This document shows, one piece after another, positions 10,393-24,900 of a DNA stretch of 64,000 nucleotides. The translations under genes were made by a program, and so were the position numbers. How positions within the stretch are numbered: position 1 is the stretch's first letter; each line of letters opens with the position of its first letter. The DNA comes from Nemertoderma westbladi (lineage: Eukaryota; Animalia; Xenacoelomorpha), in assembly GCA_032718475.1 (NCBI GenBank), contig JAUCBJ010006774.1, positions 81,326 to 145,325 on the forward strand, given 5' to 3'. The notes beneath the pieces are model-generated. The model was given only the letters and a program-made list of their open reading frames with translations. It searched no databases and had not been told where the DNA came from.

Positions 10393-13300
10393 TACAACTC
10401 CAAAACCTGAAGAAGCCAATTCGTCAAAGAGGTCGGCGAAATAAATGTTGAAAAGATATGCTGAAAGGATGCCACCATGTCTTATGCAGCACGTCAAGGA
10501 GGCTGAAAGGATGCCACCATGTCTTATGCAGCACGTCAAGGAGGCTGAAAGGATGCCACCATGTCTTATGCAGCACGTCAAGGAGGCTGAAAGGATGCCA
10601 CCATGTCTTATGCCGCACGTCAAGGAGGCTGAAAGGATGCCACCATGTCTTATGCAGCACGTCAAGGAGGCTGAAAGGATGCCACCATGTCTTATGCAGC
10701 ACGTCAAGGAGGCTGAAAGGATGCCACCATGTCTTATGCCGCACGTCAAGGAGGCTGAAAGGATGCCACCATGTCTTATGCAGCACGTCAAGGAGGCTGA
10801 AAGGATGCCACCATGTCTTATGCAGCACGTCAAGGAGGCTGAAAGGATGCCACCATGTCTTATGCCGCACGTCAAGGAGGCTGAAAGGATGCCACCATGT
10901 CTTATGCAGCACGTCAAGGAGGCTGAAAGGATGCCACCATGTCTTATGCAGCACGTCAAGGAGGCTGAAAGGATGCCACCATGTCTTATGCAGCACGTCA
11001 AGGAGGCTGAAAGGATGCCACCATGTCTTATGCAGCACGTCAAGGAGGCTGAAAGGATGCCACCATGTCTTATGCAGCACGTCAAGGAGGCTGAAAGGAT
11101 GCCACCATGTCTTATGCCGCACGTCAAGGAGGCTGAAAGGATGCCACCATGTCTTATGCAGCACGTCAAGGAGGCTGAAAGGATGCCACCATGTCTTATG
11201 CAGCACGTCAAGGAGGCTGAAAGGATGCCACCATGTCTTATGCAGCACGTCAAGGAGGCTGAAAGGATGCCACCATGTCTTATGCAGCACGTCAAGGAGG
11301 CTGAAAGGATGCCACCATGTCTTATGCAGCACGTCAAGGAGGCTGAAAGGATGCCACCATGTCTTATGCAGCACGTCAAGGAGGCTGAAAGGATGCCACC
11401 ATGTCTTATGCAGCACGTCAAGGAGGCTGAAAGGATGCCACCATGTCTTATGCAGCACGTCAAGGAGGCTGAAAGGATGCCACCATGTCTTATGCAGCAC
11501 GTCAAGGAGGCTGAAAGGATGCCACCATGTCTTATGCAGCACGTCAAGGAGGCTGAAAGGATGCCACCATGTCTTATGCCGCACGTCAAGGAGGCTGAAA
11601 GGATGCCACCATGTCTTATGCCGCACGTCAAGGAGGCTGAAAGGATGCCACCATGTCTTATGCAGCACGTCAAGGAGGCTGAAAGGATGCCACCATGTCT
11701 TATGCAGCACGTCAAGGAGGCTGAAAGGATGCCACCATGTCTTATGCCGCACGTCAAGGAGGCTGAAAGGATGCCACCATGTCTTATGCAGCACGTCAAG
11801 GAGGCTGAAAGGATGCCACCATGTCTTATGCAGCACGTCAAGGAGGCTGAAAGGATGCCACCATGTCTTATGCAGCACGTCAAGGAGGCTGAAAGGATGC
11901 CACCATGTCTTATGCAGCACGTCAAGGAGGCTGAAAGGATGCCACCATGTCTTATGCAGCACGTCAAGGAGGCTGAAAGGATGCCACCATGTCTTATGCA
12001 GCACGTCAAGGAGGCTGAAAGGATGCCACCATGTCTTATGCAGCACGTCAAGGAGGCTGAAAGGATGCCACCATGTCTTATGCAGCACGTCAAGGAGGCT
12101 GAAAGGATGCCACCATGTCTTATGCAGCACGTCAAGGAGGCTGAAAGGATGCCACCATGTCTTATGCAGCACGTCAAGGAGGCTGAAAGGATGCCACCAT
12201 GTCTTATGCAGCACGTCAAGGAGGCTGAAAGGATGCCACCATGTCTTATGCAGCACGTCAAGGAGGCTGAAAGGATGCCACCATGTCTTATGCAGCACGT
12301 CAAGGAGGCTGAAAGGATGCCACCATGTCTTATGCAGCACGTCAAGGAGGCTGAAAGGATGCCACCATGTCTTATGCAGCACGTCAAGGAGGCTGAAAGG
12401 ATGCCACCATGTCTTATGCAGCACGTCAAGGAGGCTGAAAGGATGCCACCATGTCTTATGCAGCACGTCAAGGAGGCTGAAAGGATGCCACCATGTCTTA
12501 TGCAGCACGTCAAGGAGGCTGAAAGGATGCCACCATGTCTTATGCAGCACGTCAAGGAGGCTGAAAGGATGCCACCATGTCTTATGCCGCACGTCAAGGA
12601 GGCTGAAAGGATGCCACCATGTCTTATGCAGCACGTCAAGGAGGCTGAAAGGATGCCACCATGTCTTATGCAGCACGTCAAGGAGGCTGAAAGGATGCCA
12701 CCATGTCTTATGCAGCACGTCAAGGAGGCTGAAAGGATGCCACCATGTCTTATGCAGCACGTCAAGGAGGCTGAAAGGATGCCACCATGTCTTATGCCGC
12801 ACGTCAAGGAGGCTGAAAGGATGCCACCATGTCTTATGCAGCACGTCAAGGAGGCTGAAAGGATGCCACCATGTCTTATGCAGCACGTCAAGGAGGCTGA
12901 AAGGATGCCACCATGTCTTATGCAGCACGTCAAGGAGGCTGAAAGGATGCCACCATGTCTTATGCAGCACGTCAAGGAGGCTGAAAGGATGCCACCATGT
13001 CTTATGCAGCACGTCAAGGAGGCTGAAAGGATGCCACCATGTCTTATGCAGCACGTCAAGGAGGCTGAAAGGATGCCACCATGTCTTATGCAGCACGTCA
13101 AGGAGGCTGAAAGGATGCCACCATGTCTTATGCAGCACGTCAAGGAGGCTGAAAGGATGCCACCATGTCTTATGCAGCACGTCAAGGAGGCTGAAAGGAT
13201 GCCACCATGTCTTATGCAGCACGTCAAGGAGGCTGAAAGGATGCCACCATGTCTTATGCCGCACGTCAAGGAGGCTGAAAGGATGCCACCATGTCTTATG

Positions 13301-16300
13301 CAGCACGTCAAGGAGGCTGAAAGGATGCCACCATGTCTTATGCAGCACGTCAAGGAGGCTGAAAGGATGCCACCATGTCTTATGCAGCACGTCAAGGAGG
13401 CTGAAAGGATGCCACCATGTCTTATGCAGCACGTCAAGGAGGCTGAAAGGATGCCACCATGTCTTATGCAGCACGTCAAGGAGGCTGAAAGGATGCCACC
13501 ATGTCTTATGCAGCACGTCAAGGAGGCTGAAAGGATGCCACCATGTCTTATGCAGCACGTCAAGGAGGCTGAAAGGATGCCACCATGTCTTATGCAGCAC
13601 GTCAAGGAGGCTGAAAGGATGCCACCATGTCTTATGCAGCACGTCAAGGAGGCTGAAAGGATGCCACCATGTCTTATGCAGCACGTCAAGGAGGCTGAAA
13701 GGATGCCACCATGTCTTATGCAGCACGTCAAGGAGGCTGAAAGGATGCCACCATGTCTTATGCAGCACGTCAAGGAGGCTGAAAGGATGCCACCATGTCT
13801 TATGCAGCACGTCAAGGAGGCTGAAAGGATGCCACCATGTCTTATGCAGCACGTCAAGGAGGCTGAAAGGATGCCACCATGTCTTATGCAGCACGTCAAG
13901 GAGGCTGAAAGGATGCCACCATGTCTTATGCAGCACGTCAAGGAGGCTGAAAGGATGCCACCATGTCTTATGCAGCACGTCAAGGAGGCTGAAAGGATGC
14001 CACCATGTCTTATGCAGCACGTCAAGGAGGCTGAAAGGATGCCACCATGTCTTATGCAGCACGTCAAGGAGGCTGAAAGGATGCCACCATGTCTTATGCA
14101 GCACGTCAAGGAGGCTGAAAGGATGCCACCATGTCTTATGCAGCACGTCAAGGAGGCTGAAAGGATGCCACCATGTCTTATGCAGCACGTCAAGGAGGCT
14201 GAAAGGATGCCACCATGTCTTATGCAGCACGTCAAGGAGGCTGAAAGGATGCCACCATGTCTTATGCAGCACGTCAAGGAGGCTGAAAGGATGCCACCAT
14301 GTCTTATGCAGCACGTCAAGGAGGCTGAAAGGATGCCACCATGTCTTATGCAGCACGTCAAGGAGGCTGAAAGGATGCCACCATGTCTTATGCAGCACGT
14401 CAAGGAGGCTGAAAGGATGCCACCATGTCTTATGCAGCACGTCAAGGAGGCTGAAAGGATGCCACCATGTCTTATGCAGCACGTCAAGGAGGCTGAAAGG
14501 ATGCCACCATGTCTTATGCAGCACGTCAAGGAGGCTGAAAGGATGCCACCATGTCTTATGCAGCACGTCAAGGAGGCTGAAAGGATGCCACCATGTCTTA
14601 TGCAGCACGTCAAGGAGGCTGAAAGGATGCCACCATGTCTTATGCAGCACGTCAAGGAGGCTGAAAGGATGCCACCATGTCTTATGCAGCACGTCAAGGA
14701 GGCTGAAAGGATGCCACCATGTCTTATGCAGCACGTCAAGGAGGCTGAAAGGATGCCACCATGTCTTATGCAGCACGTCAAGGAGGCTGAAAGGATGCCA
14801 CCATGTCTTATGCAGCACGTCAAGGAGGCTGAAAGGATGCCACCATGTCTTATGCAGCACGTCAAGGAGGCTGAAAGGATGCCACCATGTCTTATGCAGC
14901 ACGTCAAGGAGGCTGAAAGGATGCCACCATGTCTTATGCAGCACGTCAAGGAGGCTGAAAGGATGCCACCATGTCTTATGCAGCACGTCAAGGAGGCTGA
15001 AAGGATGCCACCATGTCTTATGCAGCACGTCAAGGAGGCTGAAAGGATGCCACCATGTCTTATGCAGCACGTCAAGGAGGCTGAAAGGATGCCACCATGT
15101 CTTATGCAGCACGTCAAGGAGGCTGAAAGGATGCCACCATGTCTTATGCAGCACGTCAAGGAGGCTGAAAGGATGCCACCATGTCTTATGCAGCACGTCA
15201 AGGAGGCTGAAAGGATGCCACCATGTCTTATGCAGCACGTCAAGGAGGCTGAAAGGATGCCACCATGTCTTATGCAGCACGTCAAGGAGGCTGAAAGGAT
15301 GCCACCATGTCTTATGCAGCACGTCAAGGAGGCTGAAAGGATGCCACCATGTCTTATGCAGCACGTCAAGGAGGCTGAAAGGATGCCACCATGTCTTATG
15401 CAGCACGTCAAGGAGGCTGAAAGGATGCCACCATGTCTTATGCAGCACGTCAAGGAGGCTGAAAGGATGCCACCATGTCTTATGCAGCACGTCAAGGAGG
15501 CTGAAAGGATGCCACCATGTCTTATGCAGCACGTCAAGGAGGCTGAAAGGATGCCACCATGTCTTATGCAGCACGTCAAGGAGGCTGAAAGGATGCCACC
15601 ATGTCTTATGCAGCACGTCAAGGAGGCTGAAAGGATGCCACCATGTCTTATGCAGCACGTCAAGGAGGCTGAAAGGATGCCACCATGTCTTATGCAGCAC
15701 GTCAAGGAGGCTGAAAGGATGCCACCATGTCTTATGCAGCACGTCAAGGAGGCTGAAAGGATGCCACCATGTCTTATGCAGCACGTCAAGGAGGCTGAAA
15801 GGATGCCACCATGTCTTATGCAGCACGTCAAGGAGGCTGAAAGGATGCCACCATGTCTTATGCAGCACGTCAAGGAGGCTGAAAGGATGCCACCATGTCT
15901 TATGCAGCACGTCAAGGAGGCTGAAAGGATGCCACCATGTCTTATGCAGCACGTCAAGGAGGCTGAAAGGATGCCACCATGTCTTATGCAGCACGTCAAG
16001 GAGGCTGAAAGGATGCCACCATGTCTTATGCAGCACGTCAAGGAGGCTGAAAGGATGCCACCATGTCTTATGCAGCACGTCAAGGAGGCTGAAAGGATGC
16101 CACCATGTCTTATGCAGCACGTCAAGGAGGCTGAAAGGATGCCACCATGTCTTATGCAGCACGTCAAGGAGGCTGAAAGGATGCCACCATGTCTTATGCA
16201 GCACGTCAAGGAGGCTGAAAGGATGCCACCATGTCTTATGCAGCACGTCAAGGAGGCTGAAAGGATGCCACCATGTCTTATGCAGCACGTCAAGGAGGCT

Positions 16301-19300
16301 GAAAGGATGCCACCATGTCTTATGCAGCACGTCAAGGAGGCTGAAAGGATGCCACCATGTCTTATGCAGCACGTCAAGGAGGCTGAAAGGATGCCACCAT
16401 GTCTTATGCAGCACGTCAAGGAGGCTGAAAGGATGCCACCATGTCTTATGCAGCACGTCAAGGAGGCTGAAAGGATGCCACCATGTCTTATGCAGCACGT
16501 CAAGGAGGCTGAAAGGATGCCACCATGTCTTATGCAGCACGTCAAGGAGGCTGAAAGGATGCCACCATGTCTTATGCAGCACGTCAAGGAGGCTGAAAGG
16601 ATGCCACCATGTCTTATGCAGCACGTCAAGGAGGCTGAAAGGATGCCACCATGTCTTATGCAGCACGTCAAGGAGGCTGAAAGGATGCCACCATGTCTTA
16701 TGCAGCACGTCAAGGAGGCTGAAAGGATGCCACCATGTCTTATGCAGCACGTCAAGGAGGCTGAAAGGATGCCACCATGTCTTATGCAGCACGTCAAGGA
16801 GGCTGAAAGGATGCCACCATGTCTTATGCAGCACGTCAAGGAGGCTGAAAGGATGCCACCATGTCTTATGCAGCACGTCAAGGAGGCTGAAAGGATGCCA
16901 CCATGTCTTATGCAGCACGTCAAGGAGGCTGAAAGGATGCCACCATGTCTTATGCAGCACGTCAAGGAGGCTGAAAGGATGCCACCATGTCTTATGCAGC
17001 ACGTCAAGGAGGCTGAAAGGATGCCACCATGTCTTATGCAGCACGTCAAGGAGGCTGAAAGGATGCCACCATGTCTTATGCAGCACGTCAAGGAGGCTGA
17101 AAGGATGCCACCATGTCTTATGCAGCACGTCAAGGAGGCTGAAAGGATGCCACCATGTCTTATGCAGCACGTCAAGGAGGCTGAAAGGATGCCACCATGT
17201 CTTATGCAGCACGTCAAGGAGGCTGAAAGGATGCCACCATGTCTTATGCAGCACGTCAAGGAGGCTGAAAGGATGCCACCATGTCTTATGCAGCACGTCA
17301 AGGAGGCTGAAAGGATGCCACCATGTCTTATGCAGCACGTCAAGGAGGCTGAAAGGATGCCACCATGTCTTATGCAGCACGTCAAGGAGGCTGAAAGGAT
17401 GCCACCATGTCTTATGCAGCACGTCAAGGAGGCTGAAAGGATGCCACCATGTCTTATGCAGCACGTCAAGGAGGCTGAAAGGATGCCACCATGTCTTATG
17501 CAGCACGTCAAGGAGGCTGAAAGGATGCCACCATGTCTTATGCAGCACGTCAAGGAGGCTGAAAGGATGCCACCATGTCTTATGCAGCACGTCAAGGAGG
17601 CTGAAAGGATGCCACCATGTCTTATGCAGCACGTCAAGGAGGCTGAAAGGATGCCACCATGTCTTATGCAGCACGTCAAGGAGGCTGAAAGGATGCCACC
17701 ATGTCTTATGCAGCACGTCAAGGAGGCTGAAAGGATGCCACCATGTCTTATGCAGCACGTCAAGGAGGCTGAAAGGATGCCACCATGTCTTATGCAGCAC
17801 GTCAAGGAGGCTGAAAGGATGCCACCATGTCTTATGCAGCACGTCAAGGAGGCTGAAAGGATGCCACCATGTCTTATGCAGCACGTCAAGGAGGCTGAAA
17901 GGATGCCACCATGTCTTATGCAGCACGTCAAGGAGGCTGAAAGGATGCCACCATGTCTTATGCCGCACGTCAAGGAGGCTGAAAGGATGCCACCATGTCT
18001 TATGCAGCACGTCAAGGAGGCTGAAAGGATGCCACCATGTCTTATGCAGCACGTCAAGGAGGCTGAAAGGATGCCACCATGTCTTATGCAGCACGTCAAG
18101 GAGGCTGAAAGGATGCCACCATGTCTTATGCAGCACGTCAAGGAGGCTGAAAGGATGCCACCATGTCTTATGCAGCACGTCAAGGAGGCTGAAAGGATGC
18201 CACCATGTCTTATGCAGCACGTCAAGGAGGCTGAAAGGATGCCACCATGTCTTATGCAGCACGTCAAGGAGCTGAAAGGATGCCACCATGTCTTATGCAG
18301 CACGTCAAGGAGGCTGAAAGGATGCCACCATGTCTTATGCAGCACGTCAAGGAGGCTGAAAGGATGCCACCATGTCTTATGCAGCACGTCAAGGAGGCTG
18401 AAAGGATGCCACCATGTCTTATGCAGCACGTCAAGGAGGCTGAAAGGATGCCACCATGTCTTATGCAGCACGTCAAGGAGGCTGAAAGGATGCCACCATG
18501 TCTTATGCAGCACGTCAAGGAGGCTGAAAGGATGCCACCATGTCTTATGCCGCACGTCAAGGAGGCTGAAAGGATGCCACCATGTCTTATGCAGCACGTC
18601 AAGGAGCTGAAAGGATGCCACCATGTCTTATGCAGCACGTCAAGGAGCTGAAAGGATGCCACCATGTCTTATGCAGCACGTCAAGGAGCTGAAAGGATGC
18701 CACCATGTCTTATGCAGCACGTCAAGGAGCTGAAAGGACGACACCATGTCTTATGCCGCACGTCAAGGAGGCTGAAAGGATGCCACCATGTCTTATGCAG
18801 CACGTCAAGGAGGCTGAAAGGATGCCACCATGTCTTATGCAGCACGTCAAGGAGCTGAAAGGATGCCACCATGTCTTATGCAGCACGTCAAGGAGCTGAA
18901 AGGATGCCACCATGTCTTATGCAGCACGTCAAGGAGCTGAAAGGATGCCACCATGTCTTATGCAGCACGCCAAGGAGCTGAAAGGATGCCACCATGTCTT
19001 ATGCAGCACGTCAAGGAGCTGTAAGGATGCCACCATGTCTTATGCAGCACGTCAAGGAGCTGAAAGGATGCCACCATGTCTTATGCAGCACGTCAAGGAG
19101 CTGAAAGGATGCCACCATGTCTTATGCAGCACGTCAAGGAGGCTGAAAGGATGCCACCATGTCTTATGCAGCACGTCAAGGAGATCTTTGATTTTGAGAT
19201 TCGCCCATTCATCACCATAGAAGCTTTTGATTGGATGTAGTCATTGAAAACTTTGCTAACCATAAGATCTTCATCAGTGAGCTTAGTTGATATAATATGA

Positions 19301-19320
19301 TCAATGAAAGATGTTATTTT
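10393..19320 (-). pseudogene. Decayed LINE fragment (RT motif-B region, possibly fused to an endonuclease remnant) interrupted by the 42-bp array
   Basis: With the array collapsed to one unit, the minus strand reads ...SFIDHII...FNDYIQSKASMVMNGRISKSKISLTC(C/G)IRHGGILSAYLFNIYFADLFDELASSGFGV. This matches the non-LTR RT pattern NG..S..F.I..G(V/I)RQGGILSP.LFNIY..DL...L..SG.G. Confidence 0.85.
10460..19183. repeat. 42-bp minisatellite/satellite, ~208 copies, highly homogeneous
   Basis: Unit GCTGAAAGGATGCCACCATGTCTTATGCAGCACGTCAAGGAG. A sporadic A>C variant occurs mostly at the left end and 41-bp variants at the right end. Confidence 0.99.
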
Positions 19321-19516
19321 AACCCTTATTGTTTAGAAATTACTCAATGTGAACCTTCCAAACTTTGAGGCGCTGAACATTTTTATTCATGCATCCTGTA
19401 TACATTTGACATAGAGATGTCATAGACTATTATTGAAAGACATGAAAACGCTCGCCGACAGACATGGCTAGCTCCACGCAACATCATTCTTTTTCATAGA
19501 AATGGAGTGAATATTA

Positions 19517-21320
19517 TTATTCGCATACCAACGCAAGATTGGTTCGGACATAATAATTGGGTGTATCCTTGAATTCCTTGAAGCACAGCGATCGAGTGGT
19601 AAATCGGTTTTTCTATGCCAGATCGACATCAAAGGGGCCTTTGATAATGTTGACCATATATTATTGTTCCGCAAGTTGTTACAACACATTAATCCGCATA
19701 TATGTTTTGCTCTATACACTTACTATACATGCACAATGGCATTCCTGAAATTTGGCGACTACATTGATAGCGACGGGATACACCTAATCAAAGGAGTCAA
19801 ACAAGGATCCTTATTATCACCCTTATTATTTTTGTTGTATACTAAAGATGCGCTACACAATATGAATGATGATGGCGCTGGGTTCAATATAACTTTGATG
19901 TGGCTTGGTATCGTGGCTTATGCCGACGATTTTCTTCTTTGCGCCGACACAGCTGCCAAACTTGAGACACTTGTTGCTCGCCTTATTGATGTACTAAATG
20001 ATCTGAAACTTCATGTCGAACATAGCAAGACAAAATGGATCTGTCATCGTGGAATTGGGACTACCACTGCACCGATACCTTGCTTTATTAACGCAGGCGG
20101 TACTCTAATAAGCGAAAGTCCTACGTTTGTTTTCCTTGGATTCAATTTATTATCCGCACCCAACTCAAACCTCCATAAAGACTGTATCCAGACAATCTCG
20201 ATACTCTCAGATATGTTCCATCGGAAAGGTTGGACAGTCCGCAACATCGACATTGATACTATTTCCTATCTGTGGCGAACTATTGCCGTCCCATCTATTT
20301 CGTATAGTCTGAAATTCAACATAGGGGCACTCAGTAAGGTTGCCATTGAGAAGGTTGATGTTCACTACCGCAAGGCATTGCGTGGTCTCCTGCATATTGG
20401 TTCCTACGTTGACAACAACATTGTATACAAAATTTTAGGCTGCCATCCCATATCCACAATAGCATATCAACTATGTGTTGGGACTATACTGAGGTCTCGT
20501 TATTGCCCTAATATAATTTTACAAGCTCTGCTGGGGGTTTGCTTAAATGATACAATGGCCGGTAACCGCCGCTATGTTGGTCTCGGCTCGACCTATGATG
20601 CGTGTAGATGTACTTTCCCACTGCCACGTCTGTCATCATTACTGAGTTACAGCTACAGTATGCGTTCATTGAAAGAGAGATTACAACCTGACCAACTCAC
20701 ATATCTAGAGACATTTCAACTCAATTTTATTCGCAGCTGCTATTACTCATCCGGTACTTTCACTGATAAGCATGAACGTATCCTAAGTTTTTTCAACATT
20801 TCATAGTACAAACGGCAATGTTTTATTTTTTTATGTACTCTCAGTGACAGCATACTCTTTTCCATACACTATATTGATTATAACATAATGTTGCCTTCAT
20901 TGATTATATATTTATTTTACAATTGTGACAATTTCCTCTGCTCGATGTAATAATATCAATTTATAATATTGACTACAACCACAGGGATGTACCGTTGTAA
21001 TATTTAAAACTTGGATCAGATTTCAATCGTTAATTATATATTGTTATTTATTGTATTGCGTATTGCTCATTGTCCGGTAATGCTCTAAATCATTTGAACT
21101 ATTCAGTACACAGTTTTTGCATGCAAAGTAATTGTGTCCACGAGTGGCGACTGACAACTAACTCCTTGTATTCTTCAGCCACCTCTATGATATTTTAATC
21201 ACATACTTTATATTTTTAGCCAGCTGTTTTATTGTGCATTTGCGTGCATTTTTATTTACATTTACCCTGTATTGTCGCCTCGTGCGAATTAAATCAAATA
21301 ATAATAATAATAATAATAAT
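19517..21320 (+). mobile_element. 5'-truncated LINE (RTEX/Proto2-like), RT C-terminal half + 3'UTR + (AAT)n tail
   Basis: Frame open from 19511 to 20806: FAYQRKIGSD...CQIDIKGAFDNVDH...GVKQGSLLSPLLF...AYADD...FLG. ATTAAA at ~21288 precedes the (AAT)n tail. Possible 7-bp TSD AATATTA (19510-16 / 21318-24). Clearly homologous to ORF 36357-39581. The clade is inferred from motifs. Confidence 0.88.
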
Positions 21321-21929
21321 ATTACAATAGGACAGTATATACCAATATATCAGTTAGCACTGTAGTGTCGCCACTCTATAAGTTTGTTTCTACATAGAAT
21401 TGCGCAGAGATTGCAGCCTCAGATAATAATTTACGATTATTATCGTTTCCTACAGTACAGTTATACAGCACATTCAGTTATAGTTCGTTCAACACACTTA
21501 GACTCACACGTGTCTCTCGTACAGTAGGCCGACATACAGTTGGTCTGTCCAACACACTCCACGTGTCTTGATATAGTATCCCGTACCGTATATACATACG
21601 GTTAACTCGTTCAATACACTCACAAGTGTCTCTGTCTGCTACTTTTTGTGGAAATCTTTTAATTTTGTTTACGGGAAAGACTCTGAATTTGCAAATACTA
21701 CTGTAAATGAAAATGTAACTACAGTATTAATAAAATAATAATTCAGGAGTGAAATATTATATTCTCCATTGCACTGTAAAATATTTGTATGTTTTTAATA
21801 GTAAGCCTATACAATACATACTGTAAATAATAAATAATAAAACCGCGATGCAAAAAAAAAGATTATTGTGGGAAAGTGAAACTTTGATTAAAAAAAGCAA
21901 CAAACAGTAGGCCGGAGGCGACCGGAAGG

Positions 21930-24900
21930 CTGCTACCGGAATGTATGTGTGGGCGCTGCTCCTACCTACTACCAGAATGTATGTGTGGGTGCTGCTCCTA
22001 TCTGTTACCGGAATGTACCTATGTGTGGGCGCTGCTCCTATCTGCTACCGGAATGTATGTGTGGGCGCTGCTCCTATCTGTAACCAGAATGTATGTGTGG
22101 GCGCTGCTCCTATCTGGTACCAGAATGTATGTGTGGGCGCTGCTCCTATCTGTTACCGGAATGTACCTATGTGTGGGCGCTGCTCCTATCTGCTACCGGA
22201 ATGTATGTGTGGGCGCTGCTCCTATCTGTAACCAGAATGTATGTGTGGGCGCTGCTCCTATCTGTTACCGGAATGTACCTATGTGTGGGCGCTGCTCCTA
22301 TCTGCTACCGGAATGTATGTGTGGGCGCTGCTCCTATCTGTAACCAGAATGTATGTGTGGGCGCTGCTCCTATCTGCTACCGGAATGTAGGTGTGGGCTC
22401 TGCTCCTATCTACTACTGGAGTGTATGTGTGGGCGCTGCTCCTATCTGCTACCAGAATGTAGGTGTGGGCGCTGCTCCTATCTGTTACCGGAATGTACCT
22501 ATGTGTGGGCGCTGCTCCTATCTGCCGCCGGAATGTATGTGTGGGCGCTGCTCCTATCTGTAACCAGAATGTATGTGTGGGCGCTGCTCCTATCTGTTAC
22601 CGGAATGTACCTATGTGTGGGCGCTGCTCCTATCTGCTACCGGAATGTATGTGTGGGCGCTGCTCCTATCTGTAACCAGAATGTATGTGTGGGCGCTGCT
22701 CCTATCTGTTACCGGAATGTACCTATGTGTGGGCGCTGCTCCTATCTGTAACCGGAATGTATGTGTGGGCGCTGCTCCTATCTGCTACCGGAGTGTATGT
22801 GTGGGCGCTGCTCCTATCTGCTACCGGAATGTATGTGTGGGCGCTGCTCCTATCTGTAACCAGAATGTATGTGTGGGTGCTGCTCCTATCTGGTACCAGA
22901 ATGTATGTGTGGGCGCTGCTCCTATCTGTTACCGGAATGTACCTATGTGTGGGCGCTGCTCCTATCTGTAACCGGAATGTATGTGTGGGCGCTGCTCCTA
23001 TCTGCTACCGGAGTGTATGTGTGGGCGCTGCTCCTATCTGCTACCGGAATGTATGTGTGGGCGCTGCTCCTATCTGTAACCAGAATGTATGTGTGGGTGC
23101 TGCTCCTATCTGGTACCAGAATGTATGTGTGGGCGCTGCCCCTATCTGCTACCGGAGTGTATGTGTGGGCGCTGCTCCTATCTGCTACCGGAATGTATGT
23201 GTGGGCGCTGCTCCTATCTGTAACCAGAATGTATGTGTGGGTGCTGCTCCTATCTGGTACCAGAATGTATGTGTGGGCGCTGCTCCTATCTGTAACCAGA
23301 ATGTATGTGTGGGCGCTGCTCCTATCTGTTACCGGAATGTATGTGTGGGCGCTGCTCCTATCTGTAACCAGAATGTATGTGTGGGCGCTGCTCCTATCTG
23401 TTACCGGAATGTACCTATGTGTGGGCGCTGCTCCTATCTGTAACCGGAATGTATGTGTGGGCGCTGCTCCTATCTGCTACCGGAATGTAGGTGTGGGCGC
23501 TGCTCCTATCTGCTACCGGAATGTATGTGTGGGCGCTGCTCCTATCTGTTACCGGAATGTATGTGTGGGCGCTGCTCCTATCTGCTACCAGAATGTATGT
23601 GTGGGCGCTGCTCCTATCTGTTACCGGAATGTATGTGTGGGCGCTGCTCCTATCTGCTACCAGAATGTATGTGTGGGCGCTGCTCCTATCTGCTACCGGA
23701 ATGTATGTGTGGGCGCTGCTCCTATCTGTTACCGGAATGTATGTGTGGGCGCTGCTCCTATCTGCTACCAGAATGTATGTGTGGGTGCTGCTCCTATCTG
23801 GTACCAGAATGTATGTGTGGGTGCTGCTCCTATCTGGTACCAGAATGTATGTGTGGGCGCTGCTCCTATCTGTTACCGGAATGTACCTATGTGTGGGCGC
23901 TGCTCCTATCTGTAACCAGAATGTATGTGTGGGTGCTGCTCCTATCTGGTACCAGAATGTATGTGTGGGTGCTGCTCCTATCTGGTACCAGAATGTATGT
24001 GTGGGCGCTGCTCCTATCTGTTACCGGAATGTACCTATGTGTGGGCGCTGCTCCTATCTGTAACCAGAATGTATGTGTGGGTGCTGCTCCTATCTGGTAC
24101 CAGAATGTAGGTGTGGGCGCTGCTCCTATCTGCTACCGGAATGTATGTGTGGGCGCTGCTCCTATCTGCTACCGGAATGTATGTGTGGGCGCTGCTCCTA
24201 TCTGTAACCAGAATGTATGTGTGGGCGCTGCTCCTATCTGTTACCGGAATGTACCTATGTGTGGGCGCTGCTCCTATCTGTAACCAGAATGTATGTGTGG
24301 GTGCTGCTCCTATCTGGTACCAGAATGTAGGTGTGGGCGCTGCTCCTATCTGCTACCGGAATGTATGTGTGGGCACTGCTCCTATCTGCTACCGGAATGT
24401 ATGTGTGGGCGCTGCTCCTATCTGGTACCAGAATGTATGTGTGGGCGCTGCTCCTATCTGTTACCGGAATGTACCTATGTGTGGGCGCTGCTCCTATCTG
24501 TAACCAGAATGTATGTGTGGGTGCTGCTCCTATCTGGTACCAGAATGTAGGTGTGGGCGCTGCTCCTATCTGCTACCGGAATGTATGTGTGGGCACTGCT
24601 CCTATCTGCTACCGGAATGTATGTGTGGGCGCTGCTCCTATCTGTAACCAGAATGTATGTGTGGGTGCTGCTCCTATCTGGTACCAGAATGTAGGTGTGG
24701 GCGCTGCTCCTATCTGCTACCGGAATGTATGTGTGGGCGCTGCTCCTATCTGCTACCGGAATGTATGTGTGGGCGCTGCTCCTATCTGTAACCAGAATGT
24801 ATGTGTGGGCGCTGCTCCTATCTGCTACCGGAATGTAGGTGTGGGCGCTGCTCCTATTTGCTACCAGAATGTATGTGTGGGCGCTGCTCCTATCTGCTAC

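Noticed and set aside
10360-18665. Giant 2600-2750-aa ORFs on both strands
   Set aside because: They arise because a 42-bp unit lacks stops in four frames. There is no synonymous variation, and 41-bp variants break the frames. Only the minus frame has meaning, as a relic of RT.
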